The notes: a model not told the origin generated them from the sequence alone. 60,701 bases of DNA from Bigelowiella natans CCMP2755 (GCA_000320545.1 ADNK01000576.1:1-60701); one strand, 5' to 3'; counted from the first letter of the stretch, positions 27,628-44,377 are shown. Program-made: numbers and translations.

Positions 27628-28530
27628 GTCAGTTCGAGGAACTGCATTTCGCACACTGCAAGTGCATTGTTCTTGTCACACTTTGGAAACACAGTTTTTC
27701 ATCATTGTTCTCATTGTTCTCAAGATGGCCGCATTGCTCATTGTTCACGATGGCCGCGGCGTCTTGCACTGCTCCTTGTCACGGTGCAAGTCCTCATCCA
27801 CGCTGCTCTAGTCGAACTTGAAGGTCCGTCCGATTTTGTGCTGCAGGCTGAACGTCAAGGCGTGCTTGTGTGACAGTGATCCCCGGTCAGCTTGGAGGCT
27901 AGTTTTTCTTCTCGTTCCAGAAGCAGCAGTGACAAAAACAATTTCTTTCCCATTTGCGAGCAGACAGAGAGCCATTCAGTGGATCAACAGCCTTGGACAG
28001 AGCTTGGTCGACGAGGGTCAGGCGCAGTTCATTCTCCCAATCAGCTCGACTAGCGACCGAGACCAGTGGCGAAAGCTCAGCACCGCCTGCTGCGGTGCCG
28101 CACCGGCGAGCAAAACGAAACGCGCTGTTTCGATTGGCATGCGTCCGCGCTCGCTGGTCGACATCAAGCAGTGGTCCTCGCGGTCGTTGCTTGTTTCAAC
28201 TTCGTGCACCGTCGAAGCGGCGGGGGACGAGCTCTCATGTTGGCACCAAATCGATGCAGCGCAAAGCTTCGACGTGCACACTTGCTGCCGCAGCATGACG
28301 TTTATTGGGCCCTCGTTGCGCATGAAGTGAAAGGCGCGCGCACACATGCGTCATTCCACGTGCAGCATGTCCGCTGTCCACAGCTGCAGCTGTTCGAGCA
28401 ATGCATCAATTCACAAGTTGCACGATGATGAGCTAGTGAGCGTCTAGCTCCCGCTTGTCAACAAAAAGAGAACTGTGAACGGACACCAGCATGGTGATGT
28501 CGCCAAATGATGCAGAACATGCTCCCCAAA
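27628..28530. other. TpA-depleted patch B containing a degraded, intronless coding-like relic
   Basis: By eye, 6 TpA in ~900 bp, 5 of them in CTAG (27808, 27899, 28050, 28433, 28444). CpG is abundant, and overlapping open frames are Cys/His-rich with almost no Tyr. Confidence 0.85.
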
Positions 28531-28878
28531 ATAATTGGTGCATTTCTTCATTTTTGGACCTAATCCATGGCACAACTCACAGCAACCCATCTTCCATGTT
28601 GCTAATTTTTAGTAGAAAATCTGAGTAACCCCCGGCAATCGAAGAACTTTTCCCTATGGGAGATTTTGGTGCAGAGCCACTTCTGTGTCGACTACTTCGG
28701 CCTGTTAACAACGCACAAATCACCTCGAAATTCAACTCGTTTCTTGTTCTGTTGTAAATGCATTCTCTTCGTAAGTGCGCATCTAACCGTTGCTACTCCC
28801 AGGCGGAGGAGAACATGTCTGTGCTCGTGAAATCTTGGCCTTTTGTACCACATTACATCATCCCTTGCGTTATGGGAG

Positions 28879-32159
<3,281 letters not shown>

Positions 32160-32388
32160 CTGTTTGTCTCATGATCAGCACAAGAATGAACACAAGGCTT
32201 GCAGTGGTGCGCTGCTAGCGCTGCTACTGCTCCAGACTTGCCTCATGCACCACTGCGCTTGTGCGCTCACTGCGCATCTCAAGTCGACGCACTTGTTGTC
32301 TCAACATCCAATTGATGTCGTGCAGCTTCATTCTTAAAATTCAGCAGAGGTGAGCGACGGTATAACGGCACACGCCATGCACATCGTA

Positions 32389-33538
32389 CACTCGCATCGG
32401 GTGTCGTGCCGCAGTGTGCACGCACGTTGATGTGTGTCAAAGGCCAGCTTGACTCCACGCGTTGACAAGGTGCTCTTTCCAGCTTTTGTTGATCGTTGCT
32501 AGATCGACAGAGAATCATGTCAGCACACGTCGTGGCAATGAAATTGAGGTGCACAGGGGTCTCAGGGTCTTCATCAGATCGACGGTGTTGTTGCGTGTAG
32601 GTGCTCGCCAGAAACAAAGGACTCGCGGAACTGCAGACCGGCTAGCTGGTGACACACAGCGTTGTGCATGCTGCTTTGCACTGCGTGGCCTGCTAGCCTG
32701 TGCCAACTTCAGCGCTTCGTTTGCAGAACACCGCGCATGCATGCACACGACATGGATCGAAGCAAGCAGCAATTCCAGATGCGATTCGCGCATTGTGCAA
32801 TGTGCTGATGCATCACATCGCACGTTCAGGATGAAGCTGCGTGCAGCCACGCGGCCTGCCCGCAGCTCAAACTCCAGCAAGGTGTGCACAAGTGCTGCTG
32901 ACATGACAACAAGCTGGACGCGCCATGAACGAACAAATTGGTGAACGAAACATTGAAACATTCAAACGTTGATCACGATTTGACACACTTCACGGTGCAC
33001 AGACAACGTGCTGTGCTGGCACAGACGTGGAGGCGCGCGCCTCAAGCAACACCCAATTGGAACTGGAGTGAACGAGTGAACGAGTGAACGAGTGAACGAA
33101 CGAATTGAGTGATTTCACTGGAGCTGTCAAAAGGACAATGGGACACGCTGACTCATCCACGCCCTCCACAATGAAACAATGATGATGAAGCACACTGGAA
33201 CAACCTCATCCAACTAGCTGCTCGCAACGGACTGACTGGCAGGATTCCTTGTTCTCAGACAGCGATGTCCGAAGATCATCTACGACAAGGAATCCAATCG
33301 ATCTTTGTCGCCAAAAGGAAGGCATTTCATCTTTGATTCAACGACGATTGCCAGACATTCAAACCATTTGAATGGTGGGTTCAATTCGGCTGGGGGCCCC
33401 CCAAACTCCAACCCGAACTGCTGCGTTGTTCCGTTGAGTGTTGAGGACATCCCTCACTCCTCCGCGAGGAGCAATGGCATTTCACGAGCAGTGCCGTGGC
33501 ACACTGTTCACAGTCGCTGTTTTCATCATGTGTGCCAG
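32389..33538. other. TpA-depleted patch C, between two divergently oriented genes
   Basis: By eye, 6 TpA in ~1,150 bp (4 CTAG, 1 GTAG, 1 CTAC) and none in 32696-33213. Contains a (GAGTGAAC)n run at ~33066-33100. Confidence 0.88.
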
Positions 33539-36500
33539 TATTGATTCAGCAACCGGGGCGAGCATCACGGCATCTGATCAATGGCTCGCGCCACCCCCTC
33601 TAGAGTTTCCACTCAGCTCACCGTCTTCGTCATCATCACCAAAAACTTCAATGTCTCCGCCATCAATGTATCCGGACTCGTTGAGATTGCTTCGAGACAA
33701 CAGTAGCTTTCTCCCAACAGAGGACGACCAGGAGAACAACCAGTTTGCGGGGAGAGAACGAGCACAGGGAGTGTCTTCGAAATCGACAGATTACATGGCA
33801 CAACGCATCAGAGAGATGATTGTACTAAATGAAGAGAAAGCTAATGACCAGGAGCATCAGAAGAAGTTCTTGGACTTACGGCTCTCCGGCGATGAGGTTC
33901 ATAAAATGCCTAAATCGGAGATATCCCGTTTTATAAACGCATACGCAAAACTGCCTGTGATGGAAGACTAACATCTTATATTTATAGAAATGTGACATAT
34001 TATGTGTACCAACACTTAGGTGCATTTTTTGGAGACCCTACTCCTAGAGCTGAAGTAAGACAAATCATCCTTGATACTCCTTCATATATCCCATTATGTC
34101 GTTATTTGCATGCCCTTCACTCGCATGTATCTCCTCCCCTTCCCCTTTCTCCAACCCAAAGCTCTCTCACTCTCTTCTTCCTTTCTCCCTCCCTCACCTA
34201 TGAATATAAACATATCAATAATATGTTATTCCTCTCTTCTTGGCTGTTGTGTGGAAACAAGCTCCTCCACACCAGCGGACGAGACGATTCTCCTCGCTGC
34301 AATGACGGACGCGCCGGTATCGGCACTGCACCTAACAGCGCATGCCCAGCTGACTGATATGCACGCCCAGCTTGAGAACGGCTTCCCTCCTCACGAAGGT
34401 CCATCGTCATGTAGGCGTGCTATTCAATTCCAGATAAACATGCTGACACTGTCATCAAATGTGTTTGCCGCTGGCTAATTATTAACCGACACATCCAAAT
34501 CCCTTCTAACACCCCGCCCTTTTAGGCGCTGCAAACAATTCCCAGCTTCCTCCCATCGAGGAGATGTTATCCAGGGTTCGTGCTTTACGAATGGGAATAT
34601 CCTTGCTAGAGGTCGATGAGGGGGGGGGGTCCCCAACTGCGTTTGGTTACGACAGCTCGCCGCATCAGAAGTTTACATTCACGAAGCCTGCCGAACACTC
34701 CTATCCTGCGGGAAACATCGCCTCCTCCTCCTCCTCCTCCACCACCACCACCTCCTCCTCCTCTTTCCTAGATGTGCACCATGCCGAGCAAAGACACACA
34801 GACACCGACAACCCAGACGAACCAGACGTCAGCAGCAGTAGTATCGTCGAAGACTTCGGAGACTTTGGAAACGACAAAGAGGTCACGAGCGACCTGAACC
34901 AAGTCGTCGGGGCTGCTAAGACGGCTAGCAACACCACGCGTGAAACAGCCACAAGCGAGAGTAGCAGCGATAAAAAAAGGGAAGCCCTCACCCTCGCCAA
35001 GTTTTTCCTGACCAAAATTTGGGTCAAGTTTTACAAGACCGCCCGCGCCATCGTCAGAGACGGGACGGCCATGACGCAGTGCCTCGCACGGGAGATCTAC
35101 CCCGGGAACGTCAGCAAGAAGAGCTTGAAGCTGAGCGAGGTGGAGCGCCGGGAGCTAATCGACAGGCGTGTGGGACATGTCGCCGAGTGGATGAAGAGAT
35201 TCAATGGCCTGCGGCTGAGGGTTGGATTCGTTCGGTTTGGCCTCACGCACGAGCTCAGGGGGGTCGGATCCAGCATGTCGCTTGCCATTCCGCTCATCCA
35301 AACGCCCCCTGTCGCATCGCTGCAGGCTGGCATCAGAAAGATGAGGGAGGGCATGGCGGCGAAACTGAAGGAGTTCATTGAGAAGGCAGAGGCCAAGGAG
35401 GGTGTGATGGGCTGCCTCGCACAGGCGAGCTTCGACCTCCGCCCCATCAAGGCCATGCGGAGCGTGTTTGAGCGGCTCAACAAGTCGCTAGATCTGCTCG
35501 AGAAGGATGAGGAGACAAAGGAGCTGGACGCGACGAGGGAGCTGGATGAAAAGGCGGAATCGGAAGGCGTTGCGGAGACAGAAGAGGGAACTTGCGAGTT
35601 CCTTCAGCCAGGTGATGCAGAGGGGGGGGGCAAAGAAATGCAGGCTTCCAGTGAACCAGGCTACGAGACCGGGGGCTCTGCAAACACCAATGCCTCCAGC
35701 ATTATAGAGGGAGAGGAGGAAGAGGAGGGCATGGTTGGTGACAAGAATAACCAGAAGAAGGAGAAGGGGAATAGCTTCAAGGAAAAGGTGAAGAAGTATT
35801 CGAAACTCGCCCTTCGAAAGGCTGCGCGAGGGCTGAAGCACATGTTCTTGAATAAGAAAAGCCGAGTTCAAGTTGAGCTTGCAATAGGATTCAGACTGGA
35901 TGGGGGGGCGTTGGCATTGTCACTCGGAGCTTCTGCGGCTACGTTTGGAGTCGCAGCCGGCGCTACTGCTGCAGCCTTCTCGGGTTCGATAGCGTTGGAA
36001 GTCGCCGTTCCGCGTCCCTCGGGCTCCTACGGGCCGATCACGGAGAGGGCAAAGCTCTTCAAATCTCTCAGGGACTTCAACCAGTCGGCCGATCATGGGA
36101 ACCTGACAAGCCAAGAACGGAACAAGATAAGGGGAGAAATGAAAGGCGACTCGACGAAGAAGTCGCTTCTGCACGTCCTGAACCGTGCGATCTCGACGCA
36201 GATACTGATCTTCGCCTTTAACGTAAACGCAATGCCGCCTGTGCTGTATCCGACGTTCTCTACGAGGCAAGTATTTTCCGTTGGAAATCTCGTAGGAGAC
36301 ATCGTTGAGGCCTTGTCCATCTTTGTCGAATCTTGGCTAGGAAACACCTGCAAACGGACGGAGAAGCTGCTCAGCCAACACTGGGAATCGCCAGATACTG
36401 GCAGGGGGGTCGTTGTGAACTCCACATCTGGGGGGCAGGGTATGACGCCGAAAAGGCTAAAATTTACACAGCTTCTCAATCACTTCACCTGTTGGTTCAG

Positions 36501-37011
36501 CCGTTCGTTCCGCATGGAAGGTGGAATCGTCGGAAAGATCAAGGACGTATTCGACGCCATTTCCCGGTGGAAAAGACGGACCAAGAGTAAGTGGGCCCGT
36601 GATAACCTTGGCCCGATCCAAAGGTTGAACATGGCGTTAAGTGGCGGGGAGATGCCGGAGGTTGTAGATACAACCGAGAAGGTCGAGTGGTTTGCGAACA
36701 GGGCGTTCATAATCCGCAATAAGACGCACATCGCGGAGGATATTCTCAACATCATTAGCTCTTTCTACGATATGCAGTTCACTTTCCAGCTAGACACAAT
36801 GCCCCCCGGGTTCTCGGTGACATGGCTGAACACCTTCATCGGGGGGAAGCTCATGGTAAAGCTCTTCAACTACGTGCTGCGTCACTTCGGGAGCTTCCTG
36901 AAAGACTTTTGGCCGGTTATGAAAACAAAGTCAAAGGAAATATTTAAGCAAATGTGGCACACCCTGAAGCTTCTAACTCGAGGACTCACTGCTACCATAG
37001 CAAAGTCATGA
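33474..37011 (+). CDS. Orphan secreted/membrane protein of about 1,000 aa (4 exons, giant last exon)
   Basis: ATG at 33474 opens a signal-peptide-like MAFHEQCRGTLFTVAVFIMCASIDSATG. Approximate exons: 33474-33896, 34021-34054 (VHFLETLLLELK), ~34262-34398, and 34526-37011 (contains the 815-aa ORF, ends TGA). Has a Gly/Ala hydrophobic stretch GGALALSLGASAATFGVAAGATAAAFSGSIAL. Confidence 0.8.
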
Positions 37012-38058
37012 TAAGTAGCTGGATCGATGTTGGCAGCAATGGGAGCGTACCCAACAGTAGATAGTTACAAGGCGCGCGGTAGTAGAGATGCGTACACAAA
37101 TAGTCCATGATTAGCATGGTGTCGCATAAAAACAATAGCTAAAAGAATAATGTCTGAGCGCTGGAATGGAACAACATCATACTATCGAATCTGTGTTATC
37201 ATGCGGTCCGTTTGGGGAACATTCGTTTTTTCCAATGGCTCGAACGAGATATGCAGAATAACTTGTACAGTCGCTGTGTGCTGTACGTTCATAAGTCAGT
37301 AGATGTCAGTGTGTGTGTATATTTACTATGTGCGTGCGTGCTCTATATGTCTTGCAACAAACACAATTTAAGCGCTATGGCCGCTGCTTTTTGATGTGCA
37401 CAGCTCCATTATTTATCTCTGTTATTATGAACCATAGGATGACCATTGAAGAAAAATAATTATTCATTACATCTGTCTCGTATATGCCTGGCAAACAGCT
37501 AACTACACATAGCATTGGTTTGCATGTGTTGGCGTGGCAGTATGTCCTAGTAATGTGGCGTGCACTTTGTAGCAGCGCATTGCAGACTGAGCTGTTGTGC
37601 AAACTAATATAAAATATGTTAGGTGCATATCTAGATATCGAGCATAGCATATATATTATAGCAGAGATATCTAGAGACCGAAATCTGGAAATCATACGCT
37701 GTAATAATATGCGCTCATGTAGCAAACGTCCTTATATTTCAATATTGGCCGCATGCAGCGCACATGAGCTGGTGGTGTAAGCTAACAAGGGGTGAAACAG
37801 AGAAACCGAATCCCATGCGAATCGCGATTTCAGCACAAATATTTGCAAGTTTATAAGCCTCACAAATGTTACTGGAGCTCGACATAAGACTTTACGAACG
37901 CAATCGTCACCGACATCTCGATCGTCCTAAATCTCTATAAATTACATTTTGTAACAAAGGCTCGCTTATTTTCACCCGCCCGTCGAATTTATTACTCATT
38001 AATCTGGTATAACCATTCGAAGCTCATTCAAAGAGGAATCTGGGCTGCGCTCCCAGCG

Positions 38059-38798
38059 TCACACCGCCGTTTCTACTTGTATCGTCAGGTCCAGTCGCCC
38101 CTGCTCCACGAATAGCATGTAATCAGAAAATAATATATTGTCGTTGCAAACTCTCTCTCTCTCTCTCTATGTGTGTGTATGTGTGTAGCTTCATATGCAC
38201 TACTACTAGACGTTTCTCTTTAATAATAATTCTTATCATCTGGTGACTGTAAACAGACCAGATTGGCAGCCTCGAAGATTGCCCTAGCCCCTTGTAATAT
38301 CTGGAGGTTGGGAAAGGAGGGAGGGGGGGGGGGGGGGGGAGATAGGGAACGTCACTACACTATCCGGCATTTTGGGATGCTCACAGATGCACATTGTTCA
38401 TTCATTATCAAGTCTGGATATATCCCCGACATTATTTTCACGGGGACGAAATATCGTCGCGGAGAGCAAAGGAATAAGAGTCCTGGGTGTTGTATTGGGT
38501 ATTCATTCGAATCCCATTGTGTGTGGTGAAAAGCTTGATGCTGCTGTGATTAGAAGAGAGGAGAATCGATGTTTTGTTCTGCAGTTACGACTACTACCAG
38601 CTGTGTATCAGCCCCTCCCTCCGCCTAACAACACGAAGAGACAGTAGCACCATCAGTGTGAGAGGAGGAGGAGGAGGAGGAGAAGGAGGAGGGGGAGGAG
38701 AAATAAAGTACGTGTGACGAGGATGATTGTGATAGTGAATTGTGATGCATGCTGATGATGATCACTATGGTAGTAGTAGCAGTAGTAGCAGCAGCAGC

Positions 38799-38830
<32 letters not shown>

Positions 38831-40501
38831 TAAAGCACCCTGATATGAACGGTGACGACTGTAGTAGCGAGCACGGAAATACTGCTATGCTGCTGCTCTT
38901 TCTCATGAAGACTAGGGGAATGATGATGATGGCGATGATGATGATGATGATGATGATCATGCCCAGCATGAACCTCCTTCTTGTTCCGAGAGGAGGAGGA
39001 ATTAGGCGTCACCGATGCTGTTGCGGGAGGTGTTCTCCTCCTCTGCTGCATCTCTGCTACTACCGCTTCGTCCGCCCCCCTCCCCCTCTTGGCATCGTGA
39101 TCTTTGCCTTCATCGGCGTTTCGGCCCCCCCCCGGTCCTTTCTCCCCCCCCCCTCCTTGGTGGTGGTTATGGCCGTGGTCATGTCCGTGGCAGTTTTGAG
39201 AGTGATGATTGTGATGATGCTGCTGCTGCTGCCGCCGATTGTGGTGGTGGTGGTGGTGGTGGTGGTGGCCGTGGTCGTGTCCATGGCAGCTTTGAGCGGC
39301 GTGATCATTACGGTTATGATGGTGATTGCGGCAGCTGCCGTGATGATGATGACTATCCCTGTCATGCTGCTGCTGCTGCTGCTGCTGGTGGTGGTGGTGG
39401 TGGGTCTCCCTCTTTGTTTGTTCTTCGGGTCGTTCGGAGTGATGCTGATGCTGATGATGCTGATGCTGATGCTGATGATGCTGATGCTGATGCTGATGAC
39501 TACAAGTGGCATCGCCGCCCCCGTGCGAAGAAGAAGAAGAACCTGCATAATGGTCATTCACCGAGTCGTCTCACAGAAGTCATCATCATCATCGTGACCA
39601 TCATCATCATCATCACTATCATTATCACCGCCGTCATCGTTGCCCCTGCACCACCGCATCAGCCATGGCGAAGGAGCGGAAATGACGAACAACGTACAGC
39701 AATAACGAAGGCGCGGAAATGACGGACAACGTACAGTAATAAGAAGCACGGGTAGATAGAAAGGGCGAGAGGAACAGACAGAGAGGGGGTAGGCGGAGAG
39801 AGTGTTCTCATGCTTAGTGGTCTAATCCTCCTCCTCTAGGTGGCTATAGCAAGCAGTTCAGACGATGATGCCGACGACCTAAAGTCCATGCGTGAAGCTT
39901 GCTGTACGATAAGACCCCTGGGAGGCTCACTAATTTATCGGCCGCGCGTCTCACACCTTTCATCAACCTCTGATTCTGGTAGGGGGGGGGAGGGGGGGGG
40001 GGGGGGGGTTAGTCGGAGTTCCCCTCTCGCTCTCTGTCTCCTTCTTCGTTGTCATGATAGGCGAGAGTCGTTTTGTATTCCGGCAGTTCATTCGTTTCGA
40101 GCGTTGTTGTGCACACGCACACTTTATACTTACTTACCTATATGCTGCTGCTACTCTTAGCGAAGTGCATTGAGCTATCAAGACGGCTGCCCCGTACAGA
40201 TTTCACGTCTACTACTGCTACTGCTATTATTACAACTACTACTACTACTACTACTACTACTGCTACTTCTACTACCTGGCCTTGCAATAGAATGGTGGTC
40301 GATTGCTGCAGCAAGGGTACCACGCTAGTAGTGGTGATGATGATGAAAAGGAGTAGGGGGGGGGGGGGAGGGGGAGGAGGAGGAGGAGGAGACATGTGAA
40401 GAAGGAAGTCAATGCATCATGCCGAGAGAGGGTTATCGATGTGCTAGTACATGACAAATGGCGCTGGCAGCAATATTAAATAATAAATAATTATATATAT
40501 T

Positions 40502-40544
<43 letters not shown>

Positions 40545-40691
40545 CAGCAGCACGAATAACACACGGAGGAGACTGGCAACTGCCCACCCACCTGCCCAGA
40601 ATGAGGAAGGAGATACACAAGCTGCATATCGGATCTGCAAGCCGCCATCCCCAGTACTTCACCTATGGATGGCAAAAGACACAAATACGTG

Positions 40692-40726
<35 letters not shown>

Positions 40727-40922
40727 CCGTGTGAGCAATGATTATGCGCGTGCACTACTCTTGCCTTCCTGTTATATTCATCTACATATACCATCGATGT
40801 AAAAGTATTGTAAGGATTCGTTGAAATGACATTGTACCGACACACAACCCTCCCCGCCCCCCACCCAAATACTGCGAAGAAGTTGTCCAACAGCCACCCA
40901 GTGTGCGCAGAGTATCATCATT

Positions 40923-40955
<33 letters not shown>

Positions 40956-41270
40956 GTCATCACCATGTAGGAAGAAACGATGACGCCGACGGAGCCGAGA
41001 GTGTCAGCGAGAATATGAAGGAAAATGCCTTGAATGGCCAGCGACGACTCTGCTGTTGTTTCACCACCACCACCGTGAGAGTGACTGCAGCCGCCTCCTC
41101 CATGTGCGTGCTCGTGGAAGAAGATTAGCCTGAGGCGTAAGTGTGCAATGGCTGCTGTCAGCAATGTTGGGGTTAAGGGCAAAGCCGATGATGCCCTTTG
41201 CAGAAGAACAAAGTGACTAGAATAAAAGGGTTGCTTTCCTAATCAATATCGAGGCGGCTTATACTGTGGA

Positions 41271-41317
<47 letters not shown>

Positions 41318-41429
41318 CCCTTCGCATCATCATCATCATCATTTCTTCTTCTTCTTCTTCTTCTACCTCTTTCCCCTCCCTCATCACCTCCTCCCCCCCT
41401 CCCTTCTTTTCTCAGAGGCACACGCACAT

Positions 41430-41469
<40 letters not shown>

Positions 41470-41751
41470 CCGACGAGGTTCATAAGTAGACCTGCCACGC
41501 TCACCTATCATTCAAGCAAAACGATAACAAAGAAAAGAGAATGAGGAAAAAACAACAGTTCATGATAATAATAATAATAATAATACGGTTGGCCGACTCC
41601 CGCAGTCCCTCTCCCCCACCCCCCGAACAAACACAAACCGTGATGAGGCGTTCTCCGTGGACATCTTCTGGATTTCCCAGCCGGACAATAGATTCTGATG
41701 AGGGAGAGCACATGCAATAAAGAGTAAATATTGAAATAAGTATGCGTGCAC

Positions 41752-41785
<34 letters not shown>

Positions 41786-42179
41786 GCCACTCCGGCCCTG
41801 GAAAGCAAATTATGTTCACCATGCATACGCAACTCTATCCCCCCTCTCCTCCTTTGCCGACCAATCCGCAAATAAACCAACTACCGATGAATATGTAGAT
41901 CGCGATAAAGACAAGGAGCACTCCGTTGGTGAAACCAGACACAACTTCAAACCGAGTATATCTGAGGAAGGGAGGCATGAAGGCAAATGTGGCCACGGGG
42001 ATGGCGTGGGGAGATATATGCGAGCTTATGATGGCGCTAGTAGCGGTGATGAGTGGTAAATCGTGAGGAAGAGGAGAGGAAGAGACCTCTTTCCTCCTTC
42101 TACAACTAGAGAAATTACAAATAATAAAAGGGAAAACGGCAAACAAGACTCCTCCTCCCAACTTGGCAGCAGCAGCGGC

Positions 42180-42210
<31 letters not shown>

Positions 42211-43280
42211 CCACCAACAACAACAGCAGCAATCCTATCGCATCATCTCTGAAGAGGATAACGACGCAGAATCACCAGAAACAACCCCAGCACCACATAG
42301 AAGAAGAAGAAGAAGAAGAAGAAGAAGAAGAAGGAGGAGGAGGAGGATACAAGAGTGCCACATGCACAACACACACGCCGCACACATACCCGTAGGTGAA
42401 GACCTCGTCTCTGCCAAACGTGGACATATACGTGGCGACAAGACCGATCATAAGGGCCATGCAATCCGTCATCATGTGGCCTGCCGTGGTCACAGTCGAA
42501 CCAACACAACACAACACACACACACACACACACATAGCGTTAAAACAACTACTCTTTCAACATCCATACATTTTCTCTTCCTCCTCGCTGTGGAAGACAC
42601 CGCGTTATTACATACACAATTAGTGCGGACGAGGACTTCTGACTCACACTGACGAGACCATCACGTGGGTGCTCCTCATGCGCATCATCGTCGTTGTCAT
42701 CATCATCATCATCATCATCAACAACAACAACAACAATGATAACAACGCACTCACCAGCGTCTGATATTAGCCCGAGACTGTTTGACCTGATGCCATCGAC
42801 GTCATCATCATCATCATCGTTTTTATGATTATAATTGCTGTTGTTGTTGGTTTTTTATCCCAATCACACTTTAATAAAAAAAGAGGCAGATGACGAAATG
42901 GCGTTGTTCGTGATGGATGGGCGATTCAATATCGTTGTAATATTATTATAAATAATACTACTATTCATATCGTTATTGCTACCATAGCCCATAGCCAACC
43001 TCCACCAGCATAAACGCGAGATTTGCGGCCAGAAACAAGGCCAGACGTTTGCTGCAGGACAAGTGTAACAGTGATCGATGCGCCCTTGGTATCATTGACA
43101 TTGAAAGGAATGCTTGACTGGTCAGCAGGTTTGTGCATCATCCTCATCATCATCATCATCATCATCATCATCACCATATCTATCAATCTTATATTTGTAC
43201 GATTTTGAGTCTTGGAGAACGTGACTGACGAATCTGGATACGTGCTGCATTGAAACATGAGGGATTGGGGTCGGAGGTAT

Positions 43281-43359
<79 letters not shown>

Positions 43360-44019
43360 TTTATTTACATGCAAGTTCATTTGTATACATATCGCTGTGT
43401 GCGTGTGCGTGTGTGTGTTCTCCTTGTGTGATCTGCTAATACAGCGGCATCAGAGTGTTAGGAGAGGACACGTCATTTGTCGGTGTATCAAATACTCCTT
43501 GCACGTCACAACAGCCACTAGCAGCAGCAAGCTCTTACTTACTCACCCCCTTGTTATTGCCATTCAAGTAAATCGCGGTGGTCCTCCTCCTTCTCCCTCC
43601 CATCTTTCCATTTGATCCAGGCGCAAGCACGTTGCTGAGCAGCCCAACGGCACTGTCACAGCATATGCGGAACATCTGGGAACTAACCAGCAGCAGGACA
43701 ACTGCAGCCACGCCTTCGGCCATTCTATGGAAAAGTAATTATAAAAATAATAAGAAATAACAATAATAGCCGCAAGAATATGGTCAAATAAACGGCTGCT
43801 CATGAAAGTAGCAGCAGCCGTAGCAGCAGCAATAGCAAATGTGCTGTTTTGGGAGATGATATTGAGCGATTTGTGGTGCGACGACGACGACACATCATGC
43901 TTCCAACAAAAGAAAAGCAGGTGGGCATTTCTCTACGACAACTTTTAAAAAAGAATGATATCTCCTTTATAGTTTGTTTTGGGACGTAATAGATTACTGA
44001 GATCATACTGTTAGAGAGA

Positions 44020-44069
<50 letters not shown>

Positions 44070-44332
44070 ATATGTATTGCTCACGTGATTGGAATAATCC
44101 CATCCTCGTTGTTAGTGGGTGTTGTAGGAGCAGTAGCAGCAGCAGAAGTCGAGTAGAGTAGGATGGGGGCAGAGAGCTACCAAACGTGAAACGAATGCAT
44201 TTTTATTTTCAGTTCAACGCAATGCTGCTGCACGTTGTCATCATCGTCGTTGTCGTCGTGACCGGTCTGCTCTCACGTTCTTCTCCACGATTATGAAGGC
44301 ATATTCGTCAGATAGATGCAGAGAGGGTTGGA

Positions 44333-44377
<45 letters not shown>

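Noticed and set aside
27628-28530. CpG-methylation decay or classical RIP as the cause of TG/CA richness in the patches
   Set aside because: CpG is plentiful in the patches (e.g. ggcgcgcg, gtcgacg) and TpA is the missing dinucleotide; RIP would raise TpA.
34701-36755. Many overlapping ORFs within the 815-aa ORF
   Set aside because: Expected shadows of a GC3-rich coding exon, with no independent motifs.
38749-39722. Long + strand ORFs rich in Val/Met/Leu or Asp/Ala/Gly
   Set aside because: These are antisense shadows of the His/Gln-rich CDF exon, built from trinucleotide repeats.
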